Source of the DNA: Candidatus Doudnabacteria bacterium
GTDB lineage: Bacteria; Patescibacteriota; Doudnabacteria; UBA920
Reading direction: 5' to 3'
Assembly (NCBI GenBank): GCA_963837465.1
Contig: CAWINB010000004.1
Location: 724,393 to 788,392 of the forward strand
DNA length: 64,000 bases
In this document: positions 48,938-58,597 of the stretch, piece after piece
Layout of the letters: every line of letters starts with the position of its first letter
Position numbering within the stretch: the first letter of the stretch is position 1
The notes under the pieces: generated by a model
The model's database searches: none
What the model saw: the letters and a program-made list of their open reading frames with translations, nothing else
Told to the model about the DNA's origin: nothing
Position numbers and translations under genes: made by a program

Positions 48938-49024
48938 GGGCAGGTACTCAAGCGGTCAACGAGGACTGACTGTAAATCAGTTGGCTTTACGCCTTCATAG
49001 GTTCGAATCCTATCCTGCCCACCA
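48938..49024 (+). tRNA. tRNA-Tyr (anticodon GTA), class II with a long variable arm
   Basis: GGGCAGG/CCTGCCC acceptor stem, anticodon loop CTGTAAA, T-loop TTCGAAT, and an encoded CCA. Confidence 0.8.
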
Positions 49025-50475
49025 TTGAAAAATTTCCAGCTTTTTTGGCGATTCCGCTATTAGCTGATAAGGTTGTTTGAGCTGAAAACATTGTGTGTTA
49101 CCATCTTGGAGCTTAAGGTTCCAAAGTAACTTTTTCAGCAATTCAAACTTTTTAGCGTTATCGCCGGAAAGATAATCAAAACTAGCAGAATTGGCCTGTA
49201 AGAAGGCCTTTTTTGTTTGTTCCAAAGTTGCCAACTGTTGTTCGGGAGTAATCTTGCCTAAATCGGAAATCTGCTTTGTGATAGTTTCCACATCCTGCTT
49301 CAGAGATAAAATTTTAGGCTTGAGCGTTTCTTTCATATCGGGGTCAGAGGAAATCATCTCAATTAGGTTTGCGAGTTTGCCTTGAGCCGTTTTAAGCTGT
49401 TTGGCCAGTTCTGATTTTTTGTCATCAGTTGAACCGCCCTGTTTTAGGATTTTATGCTTGGCCGCTTCGTAAGCCATTTCCATTTCATTGATGTCAAACT
49501 GAACATTGCTAAAAACTTTAGCCACTAACTCATCGTTGCCTTATCCCTTAAATATTTTCTGTGCTGTTCACAATTTCCTTTGCCATTGGTGCAGTACCAA
49601 TAAATGTGGCCTTTTTTAGTTGTTGCTGTTAAAGCACAACCACAAGAAAAGCAATTCATAAAACCTCTTAATGGAAAAAAGTGTTTTTGGGCTTTGGGGT
49701 GATGTTTGCCGTTTAAGACATCTTGGACATTATCAAACAGGGTTTTGCTGATTAATGGCGGATGATTGCCGGGGTAAAGCTGGCCGTTACTCCGCATTGT
49801 GCCATAGTAAAATGGCTGGGTTAAGATTTTATGCAATAAGGCTTTGCTGACTTTAAAGCCCTCTCTAGTGTTTAAGCCCTGCTTTTCTAAAATTTCATTA
49901 ACCTGCTTAAGAGAATAGCCGCCGGTAGCGTAAAGTTCAAAGGCTTGTTTAACTAATGAACCTCTAATGGGGTCAATTTCTTTTAGCTTGGTAATTTTGT
50001 TATCAATGTAACCCAAGGGGGAGCGGTTCGGCCATTCACCCCTTTCTAATTTGGTGCGGTTGCCACGCTTCACATTTTTGGACAGGTCGATGCTGTATTG
50101 TGCGGCCATACTAAACTCCACGCCGGAAACCAAAACATTGTCTTCGGGATAGTAAGTTTTTTCGGGAGTGATTATTTTACCGATTATTCCAGTTTGCAAT
50201 AGCCATTTAATTTTACCCTCGTCAATGGGGTTTCTGGCGAGCCGGTCAAGTTTCCAAACCAAAACCACAGAGCCAGGGTTACGCTCAATTAAACTTACAA
50301 GCTTTGCAAATTCAGGACGGCCGGGTTTTCTTGCCGACATACTTTCGGTAAAACTTTTATCAACAGCAATATTTTGTTTTTCCGCAAAAGCCGCCAACTC
50401 CTTTTCTTGGCTCTCAATGGAAAGCACCTGATGATAGGAATCTTCGGACGAATGAACAATGGGGACATGACCCAT
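49010..50475 (-). pseudogene. second large serine recombinase, split by a frameshift at about 49525
   Basis: 49525..50475 encodes the catalytic + recombinase + zinc-ribbon region. It lacks the conserved N-terminal Y/R residues, and its start codon lies inside an IS hairpin. 49010..49525 encodes the coiled-coil C-terminal region in another frame. The 3' end overlaps tRNA-Tyr, the same layout as at tRNA-Thr. Confidence 0.7.
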
Positions 50476-51203
50476 TGTTTTGGCTTAATTATTGTTTAAA
50501 AGGCCTTCCCGGCTGTCTAAGGGTATAGCCTAAATCATATCTGTCGACTTGTTTGCCAACCCAAGCCTCACTGCCAAAAGGCCTGCTTTTTTCAACCGAA
50601 GTCCTAATGTTATCAAGCTGTGTTTTTGCTAATGGGTGATTAACCAAGCTTAAATAATTCTTTGGTATTTCTATGGGCCAAGGCATTAAAATCTTCTTAG
50701 CCAATTCGGAATTCTTTAATCTTAAACACAAACTGCTCCAAGGCCAATCCTCGGCGTTTTTTACCATTTTGGCTCGAAGGGCATTGGCTTCTACATATTT
50801 TGCCAGTTGTATAAAATATTCATCTTTTTCAACCAAAAAAGACTTGAATCGGCCCTGAAATAAATGCCCCGTCCCCACCGTACCGTGTTTTGTGTGCCAT
50901 CGCTGGGTTGTTTTTTGGGTAAACTTACCAAAAAATCCACCCATATCCCCATTAGCTTTAGGCCTGACTACAAAATGCCAATGATTAGACATTATGCAAA
51001 AAGCAAAGATGTCTATGGGAATTAACTCCAATGTTTCCACTAAGGATTTTACCACGCCTTGGAAATCTTTGTCGGATTTAAATATATCCCAACGGGCGTT
51101 GGATCTATTTATGACATGAAAAATCTGATCGGCTATGTCCAGCCGCGGTTGTCTAGCCATTGCTAAAGTATAACATAAAAAAATTAATGGGTCATGTCCC
51201 CAT
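50458..51203 (-). mobile_element. IS200/IS605-family (RAYT-like) element bounded by 19-nt hairpin ends aatggggacatgacccatt / aatgggtcatgtccccatt
   Basis: The two ends are exact reverse complements, and each is an imperfect hairpin. These are subterminal-hairpin ends, not TIRs. Confidence 0.65.
50489..51160 (-). CDS. tnpA: IS200-like / REP-associated tyrosine transposase (HUH Y1)
   Basis: IMSNHWHFVV (HuH) and GHLFQGRFKS...YVEANALRA (catalytic Tyr region). 223 aa. Confidence 0.75.
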   Translation of the reverse strand: MARQPRLDIADQIFHVINRSNARWDIFKSDKDFQGVVKSLVETLELIPIDIFAFCIMSNHWHFVVRPKANGDMGGFFGKFTQKTTQRWHTKHGTVGTGHLFQGRFKSFLVEKDEYFIQLAKYVEANALRAKMVKNAEDWPWSSLCLRLKNSELAKKILMPWPIEIPKNYLSLVNHPLAKTQLDNIRTSVEKSRPFGSEAWVGKQVDRYDLGYTLRQPGRPFKQ

Positions 51204-51207
51204 TCAT

Positions 51208-52494
51208 TTAAGTCCCTTCCTGCCAGCTGGCCAAATATTTTTGCTGGGCTGGTGTTAGTACGTCTATTTTAACTCCAAGTGCCGCTAATTTTAGCCGGGA
51301 AACTTTTTCGTCTATTTCTTTTGGTACGTTGTAGACTTTATTTTCCAGGGTTTTGTAATTTTTGGCCAGCCACCGGCAGGTTAGGGCTTGGTCGGCAAAG
51401 GACATATCCATAACCGCCGCCGGGTGGCCTTCGGCCGCGGCCAGGTTCATCAGCCGTCCTTCGGCAATCAAAAATATTTTTCGCCCATTCTTCATACTAA
51501 ATTCCTGCAAGTTGTCCCTGACGAGCTGACAGCTGACAGCTGACAGCTTTAAGCTTGCTATATCAATCTCCACATTAAAATGCCCGCTGTTGCCTAAAAT
51601 CGCGCCATCTTTCATTAGTTTAAAATGCGCGGCGGTTAAAACGTCTTTGTCTCCCGTGGCCGTTAAAAAAATGTCTCCGATTTTTGCCGCTTGCGCCATT
51701 GGCATAACTTCAAAGCCGTCCATGGCCGCCTGTAAAGCCGGCAGGGGATCAACTTCAGTCACTATCACCCTGGCCCCTAAACCCTTACCCCTTAGCGCCA
51801 TTCCCTTGCCGCAATAACCGTAACCGGCGACCACTAAAATTTTTCCGGCTAACAGGATATTGGTGGCGCGCAATAAACCGTCCATGGTGGATTGCCCGGT
51901 ACCGTAATAGTTGTCGAACATATGCTTGGTCGGCGTATCGTTAACCGCCACTATCGGGTACTTAAGCGCGCCGTCTTTGGCCATAGCCCTGAGCCTGATT
52001 ACTCCGGTCGTGGTTTCTTCCTGTCCCGCCCGGACAGTTTTAAGAAGTTCGGAGCGATCCGAATGGATAAGTGAAATTAAATCCGCGCCATCGTCAATGG
52101 TAATGTCGGGCTTAAAATCCAGGACATCGTTTAAAGCTTTGTAATAGTCTTTATGATTGATTCCGCGCCAGGCAAAAACGTGGATTTTATGTTCTGCCAG
52201 CGCGGCGGCCACGTCATCCTGGGTAGAAAGGGGATTACTGCCGCACAGCGCGACATTCGCGCCTCCGGCCACCAGCGCCTTCATTAACACCGCGGTTTCT
52301 TTGGTCACGTGCAGGCAACAGGCAATATTTAAATTTTTTCCGCCGGAGGCGGATCCGCCTTTGGCGGAAAACGGTTGTTGCTGTTTAAAATCGGCTGTTA
52401 TGGACCGCAGTACTGGCATTTCCCGCTCGGCTAAGTCTATGTTGGCGCGCCCCTTGGCGGCCAGCTTTTGATTCTTGACCTGAAAACTTTTCAT
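51208..52494 (-). CDS. ahcY: adenosylhomocysteinase
   Basis: Collinear with SAH hydrolase, including the NAD-binding GYGxxGKG region. It contains a roughly 10-aa Gly/Ser insert encoded by palindrome A' and a (gctgaca)3 tract. Confidence 0.9.
   Translation of the reverse strand: MKSFQVKNQKLAAKGRANIDLAEREMPVLRSITADFKQQQPFSAKGGSASGGKNLNIACCLHVTKETAVLMKALVAGGANVALCGSNPLSTQDDVAAALAEHKIHVFAWRGINHKDYYKALNDVLDFKPDITIDDGADLISLIHSDRSELLKTVRAGQEETTTGVIRLRAMAKDGALKYPIVAVNDTPTKHMFDNYYGTGQSTMDGLLRATNILLAGKILVVAGYGYCGKGMALRGKGLGARVIVTEVDPLPALQAAMDGFEVMPMAQAAKIGDIFLTATGDKDVLTAAHFKLMKDGAILGNSGHFNVEIDIASLKLSAVSCQLVRDNLQEFSMKNGRKIFLIAEGRLMNLAAAEGHPAAVMDMSFADQALTCRWLAKNYKTLENKVYNVPKEIDEKVSRLKLAALGVKIDVLTPAQQKYLASWQEGT
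51524..51547. repeat. heptanucleotide tandem repeat (gctgaca)x3 inside ahcY
   Basis: Seen directly. It encodes SAVSCQL and is in-frame because 21 bp is a multiple of 3. Confidence 0.6.
52346..52381. repeat. family A GC-rich palindrome, second copy, in-frame inside ahcY
   Basis: ttttccgccggaggcggatccgcctttggcggaaaa compared with 2225-2258. It encodes the SAKGGSASGG-type insert absent from canonical AhcY. Confidence 0.75.
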
Positions 52495-52539
52495 CGGAAA
52501 TTTTTGTTAATTAGTTAGACCTGTTTTAAAAACAGGCTC

Positions 52540-53025
52540 TTAAGCATTAAACCCGGAAATTTTAACCTTATAATTATATTCGTGGATAATAGTAATTACA
52601 AACAGGATGTCAAGCGCGGTCAGAATCTCCAAAAACAAGGAATGATTCATGGCGATACGGTAAATTTGATAAACAATAAAAGACAAAAGAACTCCGATGG
52701 CTATTAAGTAAGCCTGGAGTTTTTGCTTCCACAGGCCCCAGACCAAACAAAGGTTTATAAGGCCGTGAGCCAAAATGTAAAAACCGGCGAATATCCTGGT
52801 CTCCACGGTCAGGTGCTGGATGTAGCGGTAAGAGTAGTCAAAAAAAAAGTCGGTCGGATCTTTGGAAAACTCACCCCTGGAGACCCGGATTAAAAAAGAG
52901 CGCAAAATAGCAGACTGGACAAACAGCAGCAAAAGGCCGCTTGTGGTCTCAATAAGTCCGGTAAGCGATTTAACGCATACTCCAATGAAAAAAAAATCGT
53001 GCCAGTATTTTTCCGATAACTTCAT
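52540..53025 (-). CDS. hypothetical polytopic membrane protein
   Basis: Four predicted TM helices. The start is taken at MKLSEKYW. Confidence 0.4.
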   Translation of the reverse strand: MKLSEKYWHDFFFIGVCVKSLTGLIETTSGLLLLFVQSAILRSFLIRVSRGEFSKDPTDFFFDYSYRYIQHLTVETRIFAGFYILAHGLINLCLVWGLWKQKLQAYLIAIGVLLSFIVYQIYRIAMNHSLFLEILTALDILFVITIIHEYNYKVKISGFNA

Positions 53026-53213
53026 GTGTTTAGTATAACAAAAACGGCAGTCAATAACAAGCGGCAAGGCTTTATTTTTGGCGGAAAAAAATAAATTTTG
53101 GCGGATTTAAGCAGGCGGTAGTTTTTTGTGAATTCTGAAACAATTCAAGAACTTTTTGCGTACTATGATTGCCGGACAAATTCAAATACATCCAAAGAAG
53201 AAAGGCCATAAAT

Positions 53214-54158
53214 ATGAAAACAATTTTAAAACTGACTTTTTTGACAGCTATAGTGACGTTGCTATCCGGTGTTTTAATCCAACCTTCGCTGGTCGCGGCG
53301 GCTGCTTTACCGACTGCGCCTAATTCGGGCGCTGGCGCCAGCGCTTCCTACAACTGGGCCGGCTACACGGCCACCGGCGCTGACTTCACAGCGGTTAACG
53401 GAAGTTGGATGGTGCCTGAGGCTACCGCGGCCAGCAACAGTAATTTGTCGGCGGATGCCACCTGGATAGGCATCGGCGGCATCAGCGGCAATGATTTAAT
53501 CCAGGTCGGTACCCAAGCCATTTTTAGCAACGGCCAGGCTACCTACCAAACTTGGTATGAACTTTTACCGAATGCTTCACAAAATATTGCCATGACGGTG
53601 AATCCCGGCGACTTTATTACCGCTTCGTTAAACGAGCAGGCCGCCAATCAATGGAGCGTGTCCTTGCGCGACAATACCACAGGACAAAATTTCCAAACCG
53701 TGGTCAGCTACAACTCTTCGCGGTCCTCGGCGGAATGGGTGGAAGAAATGCCTACCCAAACCGGCAGCGGTTTTATCCCCCTGGATAATTTCGGCGCGGC
53801 GCAATTCAGCAATTCTTCGGCCGTGGAAAACGGCAACCTTGAAAACCTTTCAGCCTTAAATGCCCAGCCTTTGACAATGCTGACCACAACCAGCCAGGCT
53901 TTGGCGACGGTTTCTGCCATAGGCAGCGATGGCGCGAGCTTTACGGTAACCAGGACCGGCGTGGCGGCGGCTTCCGGTGTTGGCGGATTTGGCGGAGGGC
54001 GCGGTGGTTATCGCAGAGTCGGCCGCGGCGCCCAGGGTTTTGGTTCCATGCCGGGCCCGCAGTCCCAGCCCCCATCGATAAGAAGTTTTTCCCGTTTTAG
54101 GTTCCATTCTCTCCAAAGACAAAACTTCGGCTATTCATATTTTTTCCTGATCAAATAG
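53214..54158 (+). CDS. secreted peptidase G1 (eqolisin/scytalidoglutamic peptidase) family protein with a Gly/Arg-rich tail
   Basis: SYNWAGY, ATWIGIGG, LIQVGTQ and QTWYELLP match the G1 SxNWAG / WVGIDG / LQTG / WYEWYP pattern. A signal peptide is present. Confidence 0.6.
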   Translation: MKTILKLTFLTAIVTLLSGVLIQPSLVAAAALPTAPNSGAGASASYNWAGYTATGADFTAVNGSWMVPEATAASNSNLSADATWIGIGGISGNDLIQVGTQAIFSNGQATYQTWYELLPNASQNIAMTVNPGDFITASLNEQAANQWSVSLRDNTTGQNFQTVVSYNSSRSSAEWVEEMPTQTGSGFIPLDNFGAAQFSNSSAVENGNLENLSALNAQPLTMLTTTSQALATVSAIGSDGASFTVTRTGVAAASGVGGFGGGRGGYRRVGRGAQGFGSMPGPQSQPPSIRSFSRFRFHSLQRQNFGYSYFFLIK

Positions 54159-54170
54159 AATTTTTACGCG

Positions 54171-54204
54171 CCCCCGCTTTTATTTAAGGCGGGGGTGTTT
54201 TGTC
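54171..54204 (+). terminator. rho-independent terminator (cgcccccgc...gcgggggtg + tttt)
   Basis: Seen directly after the peptidase gene. Confidence 0.65.
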
Positions 54205-54418
54205 GTAGTTAGACGATCCCGGGACCTGACGGAGTCCGGGACAGGTTTGCGGGCCTATAAATCGGCTAACCATACTACCCGCTAAATCAATTTTTATCAG
54301 ATTAAAATTCGCGATACGGGCTTTGTATATTTGATTATTTTGTGGCATAATATTTACATACAGCGTGAAATGATGGGTATCGTAAAAAGCTTAATCCGGA
54401 CAAAAATAAACAGTAATT

Positions 54419-55642
54419 ATGGGCCAGAAACAAAAACTGATCTTCCCCGAAAATTTCTTGTGGGGCGCGGCGATTTCAACTCACCAAACAGAAGGCGGTA
54501 ATGCCAATAACGATTGGTGGGCTTTTGAGCATAGCGCCGGGCGTGAGAAAGACCTGCGCCGGGAAAACAAAAACCCGGAAGATTATTACAGCGGCGCGGC
54601 CTGCGATTTTTATAATCGGTACGAAGAGGATTTCGACCTCGCCAGTCAACTGCGCCACAATACCGTCCGTTTCGGGGTTGAGTGGTCCAGGGTAGAGCCC
54701 CGGGAAGGCTTTTTTGACGAGGCCGCGCTTGATCATTATGAAAAAATGCTGCAGGCGGCCCAAGTACGGGGGCTGACCGTGTTTTTGACTTTGCACCATT
54801 ATGCCAACCCCTTGTGGTTCGCGGACAGGGGGGCTTTCACAAAAAAAGAAAATGTCGATTATTTTGTCCGTTACGCCAAAACCATTGCCGCGCGGCTTGG
54901 TCAATACGTGGATTTTTGGCTTACAATCAACGAGCCGAAAGTCTACACATTTTTTTCCTACGCGGTCGGCACCTATCCTCCGCGCAAGAGGAACCTGTGG
55001 CTTGCCGCCGCCGTGGCGCATAATCTTATCCGGGCTCACAACAGGTCGGCGCGGGAACTGAAAAACCTTACAGCTAAGCCGGTCAGCATGGCTTTCCAGC
55101 TTTCGGATATCCAGCCCAAAAGCATCCTGAGCCGGCCGCTAATAGGCATGCTTAATTATTTTGTTAATGATTATTTTCTCAGCCGCACAATAGACCATTG
55201 CGATTTTATCGGCGTCAATTATTATTTTCACCATCACGTGGGTTGGTTTGGAGAGCGGAAGATGAGCAAAAGCGAACATGAAAAAAACGACCTTGATTGG
55301 GGCATACACCCCGAGGGCATTGAAAGGGTCCTGATGCGCCTGCATAAAAAATATAACAAACCAATGTATATTACGGAAAACGGCATTGCTGACGCCAAAG
55401 ACAATAAACGCGAGAAGTTTATTGTTAATCATTTGGCGCACATCCATAAAGCCATCCAGCAGGGCGCCGATGTCCAAGCCTATTTGTATTGGTCGCTTAC
55501 AGACAACTTTGAGTGGCTGTACGGGTTTGGTCCGCGTTTTGGGCTTATTGAAATTGATCGTGAGGATGGGCTTAAGCGCGCGGCGCGTCCCAGCGCCCTG
55601 AAGTTCGCGGAAATCTGCAAAAATAATTATTTGGAATATTAA
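54419..55642 (+). CDS. glycoside hydrolase family 1 beta-glucosidase
   Basis: FLWGAAISTHQTEGG, TINEP and YITENG catalytic motifs. Confidence 0.9.
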   Translation: MGQKQKLIFPENFLWGAAISTHQTEGGNANNDWWAFEHSAGREKDLRRENKNPEDYYSGAACDFYNRYEEDFDLASQLRHNTVRFGVEWSRVEPREGFFDEAALDHYEKMLQAAQVRGLTVFLTLHHYANPLWFADRGAFTKKENVDYFVRYAKTIAARLGQYVDFWLTINEPKVYTFFSYAVGTYPPRKRNLWLAAAVAHNLIRAHNRSARELKNLTAKPVSMAFQLSDIQPKSILSRPLIGMLNYFVNDYFLSRTIDHCDFIGVNYYFHHHVGWFGERKMSKSEHEKNDLDWGIHPEGIERVLMRLHKKYNKPMYITENGIADAKDNKREKFIVNHLAHIHKAIQQGADVQAYLYWSLTDNFEWLYGFGPRFGLIEIDREDGLKRAARPSALKFAEICKNNYLEY

Positions 55643-56526
55643 TGCTTATCCTGCTGATCATTCTACAATATTTTGTCCTTTCCACGCTGGACATTTCGGA
55701 TAAATTTTTAATCAGCAAAAGGAAGGTTGAGCCGCTGAGCTATACTTTTTATACCGTGGTATTCGGTATTCTGCTGGCTGTGATTTGGCCCTGGGTTTAC
55801 GCGTCGCTGCCGTTATCCTCCGTAATTTTGGATATGGGAGCCGGTGTTTGGTTTACGCTGGCCGCGCTTGTATTTTACACTACGCTGGCCGAGGGGGAAG
55901 TCAGCCGCGTGGTGCCCTTTGTTTATGGGATAGTGCCGGTTTTTGATATTGCGTTCCAGGCCATTTTTAGGATCAGCGATCTCCATGTCCAGCAGGCGGC
56001 CGCGCTGTGCCTGCTTATTCCCGGGGCCTTGTTGTTGACTTACAAGCGGGGCAAATTTTTGGGCAGGCATGTGGCCATGAAAGTTCTGGCCGCGGGGATG
56101 ATTAGCAGTTACAATCTTTTATGGCACTTTAGCTCCCAAACCGGACCCGTGCTTAACAGCCTTATCTGGAACCGCGTCGGCGCCACTGTAATAGCGCTAA
56201 GCTTTTTGCTGGTTCCGGGGGTTCAAAAGCGGATTTTTACCGTTAAGCATGTCAAACAGAAAAAAAATACATCCGTGGTTTTTCTTATCAAGCAGTTTGT
56301 CGGCGGCCTGAACTTTACCTTTATGAGTTTCCTTTATTCCGCCGGATCGGTCCCGATTGTAGACGGGCTGCAGGGTTTCAGGTATTTGTTCTTACTGGCA
56401 GGCAGCTTGTTTTTAAGCAAAAAACACAAACATATTGTTGAAGAAGACGTTAATCATCGGGAAGTTTGGCAGAAAACTTTTGCCATTGGGTTGATTTTTT
56501 TGGGAACCTTGATTTTATTTTTGTAG
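55642..56526 (+). CDS. hypothetical polytopic membrane protein
   Basis: About 8 TM helices. No family assigned. Confidence 0.4.
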   Translation: MLILLIILQYFVLSTLDISDKFLISKRKVEPLSYTFYTVVFGILLAVIWPWVYASLPLSSVILDMGAGVWFTLAALVFYTTLAEGEVSRVVPFVYGIVPVFDIAFQAIFRISDLHVQQAAALCLLIPGALLLTYKRGKFLGRHVAMKVLAAGMISSYNLLWHFSSQTGPVLNSLIWNRVGATVIALSFLLVPGVQKRIFTVKHVKQKKNTSVVFLIKQFVGGLNFTFMSFLYSAGSVPIVDGLQGFRYLFLLAGSLFLSKKHKHIVEEDVNHREVWQKTFAIGLIFLGTLILFL

Positions 56527-56546
56527 CGGGAAATTAACCAAACCAG

Positions 56547-57548
56547 ATGAAGTGGCTTAAAAGAATTATTATTTGCGTTGGGATTGTCGCCCTGGTTTTA
56601 TGGTTGCTGGCCCTTAATGCCGGCCCTAAAGCTAAAACCATCCAGTACGGCGTAACTTTCAGCGTGCCTTACGCCCAAAGTTTGGGGCTGAACTGGCAAG
56701 CAGCATACGCAGCGACGCTGACGGATCTTAACGTAAAACTTTTGCGCATACCGGTCTATTGGGATGAAGTGGAAACCAGCCCCAACCACTACGATTTTTC
56801 CGACATTGATTTCATGCTTAATCTCGCCGCGCAAAACCACGCCCAGGTTATTTTGGCGGTGGGCAAGCGCCTGCCGCGCTGGCCGGAATGCCACGAGCCG
56901 GACTGGGCCGGAAAGCTTTCCGTCGGCGATGAACAGGCCGCCCAGCTTTCTTATATGGAAACCACGGTCCAGCGTTACTACAATAACTCCGTCGTTACAA
57001 CCTGGCAGGTGGAAAACGAGCCTTATGTTTCCAGTTTCGGGCCGTGCCCGCCTCTTGACCAAAGTTTTTTTGACGCGGAAATCGCCGCGGTCAGGAGCAT
57101 CGATCCGTCCCGCCCGGTTTTGGTTACGGACAGCGGCGAACTGAACTGGTGGATACACGCCAGCTCCCGCGGAGATGAATTCGGCACGACTTTTTACCGC
57201 TATGTTTACTCCGACGTTTTGCGCCGTTATTGGACAAATTTTTATTTTCTGCCGTTTGTCTATAGAATAAAAGCAGGTATAATAAGGTTACTGCATCCGG
57301 GCAAGTCTGTGATGATAGCGGAACTTGAGGCCGAACCCTGGACGACCAACGGCATTACCAGCACGCCTATAAACGAGCAGTTCCAGACAATGAGCCTGAG
57401 TCACTTTAAGACCATAACTTCGCTGGCCGCGCAAACGGGTTTTTCCCCGCAGTATTTATGGGGCGTGGAGTGGTGGTACTGGATGAAAACGACCCAGAAC
57501 CACCCGGAGTTTTGGGAAACGGCTAAGCAGCTGATAAATAAAAAGTAA
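56547..57548 (+). CDS. glycoside hydrolase, clan GH-A TIM-barrel (GH5-like)
   Basis: N-terminal TM/signal, WQVENEP (acid/base) and IAELEAEPW (nucleophile) motifs. Confidence 0.5.
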   Translation: MKWLKRIIICVGIVALVLWLLALNAGPKAKTIQYGVTFSVPYAQSLGLNWQAAYAATLTDLNVKLLRIPVYWDEVETSPNHYDFSDIDFMLNLAAQNHAQVILAVGKRLPRWPECHEPDWAGKLSVGDEQAAQLSYMETTVQRYYNNSVVTTWQVENEPYVSSFGPCPPLDQSFFDAEIAAVRSIDPSRPVLVTDSGELNWWIHASSRGDEFGTTFYRYVYSDVLRRYWTNFYFLPFVYRIKAGIIRLLHPGKSVMIAELEAEPWTTNGITSTPINEQFQTMSLSHFKTITSLAAQTGFSPQYLWGVEWWYWMKTTQNHPEFWETAKQLINKK

Positions 57549-57615
57549 TATCCATAAATATCCCAATATTCTTAAAATTTAAGATAGCGGGATATTAATG
57601 ACGACAATTTAAATT

Positions 57616-58386
57616 ATGGCAAATATTATTGGTTTGGATATAGGCGGGACAAAAATCAGCGGTGTTGTCTGGGACGGCAAAAAAGTTATTGAGGAATTGA
57701 CGATTGTTACGCCGAAAAATTTGTTTGAATTTGAAAAAAATGTTTTAAAATTGGCCGATTTTCTGTCGGCCAGCAGGAACATCCGCGGAATAGGCGTCGG
57801 CGTTGCCGGAAAGGTGGATCCCAAAAGCGGAGTCGTGGCATATTCGCCCAACATTAAATTCGTTCAGGATTTGCGATTAACAAAGCTTTTTAAGCTTAAG
57901 GGCTTTAACAAAGTCAAAATCGACAATGACTCAAAATGTTTTACCAGGGCGGAGGCGTTGCTGGGGCAGGGACGCGGCCGGGCTACTCTTGTCTGCGTTA
58001 CTTTGGGCACGGGCATTGGCGGCGGCTTGGCGGCGGCAGGGCAGGTCTATGGCGGAGCTAATTTTGCCGCCGGCGAATTCGGCCATATGATTTACGGCGG
58101 CAATCAGACTTTTGAACGGCTCTACCAGCAGGCGCGCGACAGCCATGACGATGCCGCCCTCGCGGAAATAATCGGCTCCTTGCTGACAAATATTTATCGC
58201 GTTGTCGATCCCGAAACTATAGTACTTGGAGGGGGCGTGGTTTTCGATCGCGAACGGAATTTTTTAAAACGGGCCGCGGCTGTTTGCGCCAAAAACCTGG
58301 CTTCTTATAAAATCAAGGCCGATAATATTAAAATATCTAAATTAAAACACGCCGGCGCGGTGGGCGCGGCGTTATTGGTAAAATAA
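57616..58386 (+). CDS. ROK-family sugar kinase (glucokinase-like)
   Basis: GLDIGGTKISGVV and the GxGxGGG / ExGH pattern. Confidence 0.75.
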   Translation: MANIIGLDIGGTKISGVVWDGKKVIEELTIVTPKNLFEFEKNVLKLADFLSASRNIRGIGVGVAGKVDPKSGVVAYSPNIKFVQDLRLTKLFKLKGFNKVKIDNDSKCFTRAEALLGQGRGRATLVCVTLGTGIGGGLAAAGQVYGGANFAAGEFGHMIYGGNQTFERLYQQARDSHDDAALAEIIGSLLTNIYRVVDPETIVLGGGVVFDRERNFLKRAAAVCAKNLASYKIKADNIKISKLKHAGAVGAALLVK

Positions 58387-58460
58387 TTGACTCAAAATTT
58401 GGCATAATAAAGCGCGGCCGCGCTTTATTATGCCAAGCATTTAACAAAAAAATAAAAGCC

Positions 58461-58583
58461 ATGAAAAAAATACTTTTTTCTTTAATTCTAATATCTCTTT
58501 TGGCCGCCGGCTGCGCCAGGGTGACTTTACGGCAAAATGTTCCCACGGTTCCCAAAGAGTCTTACGAACAGCTGCCGCAGTAA
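58461..58583 (+). CDS. small lipoprotein (40 aa)
   Basis: MKKILFSLILISLLAAGC is a signal peptide plus lipobox. It falls below the ORF-track size cut-off. Confidence 0.4.
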   Translation: MKKILFSLILISLLAAGCARVTLRQNVPTVPKESYEQLPQ

Positions 58584-58597
58584 TAACGGGGTATTAA

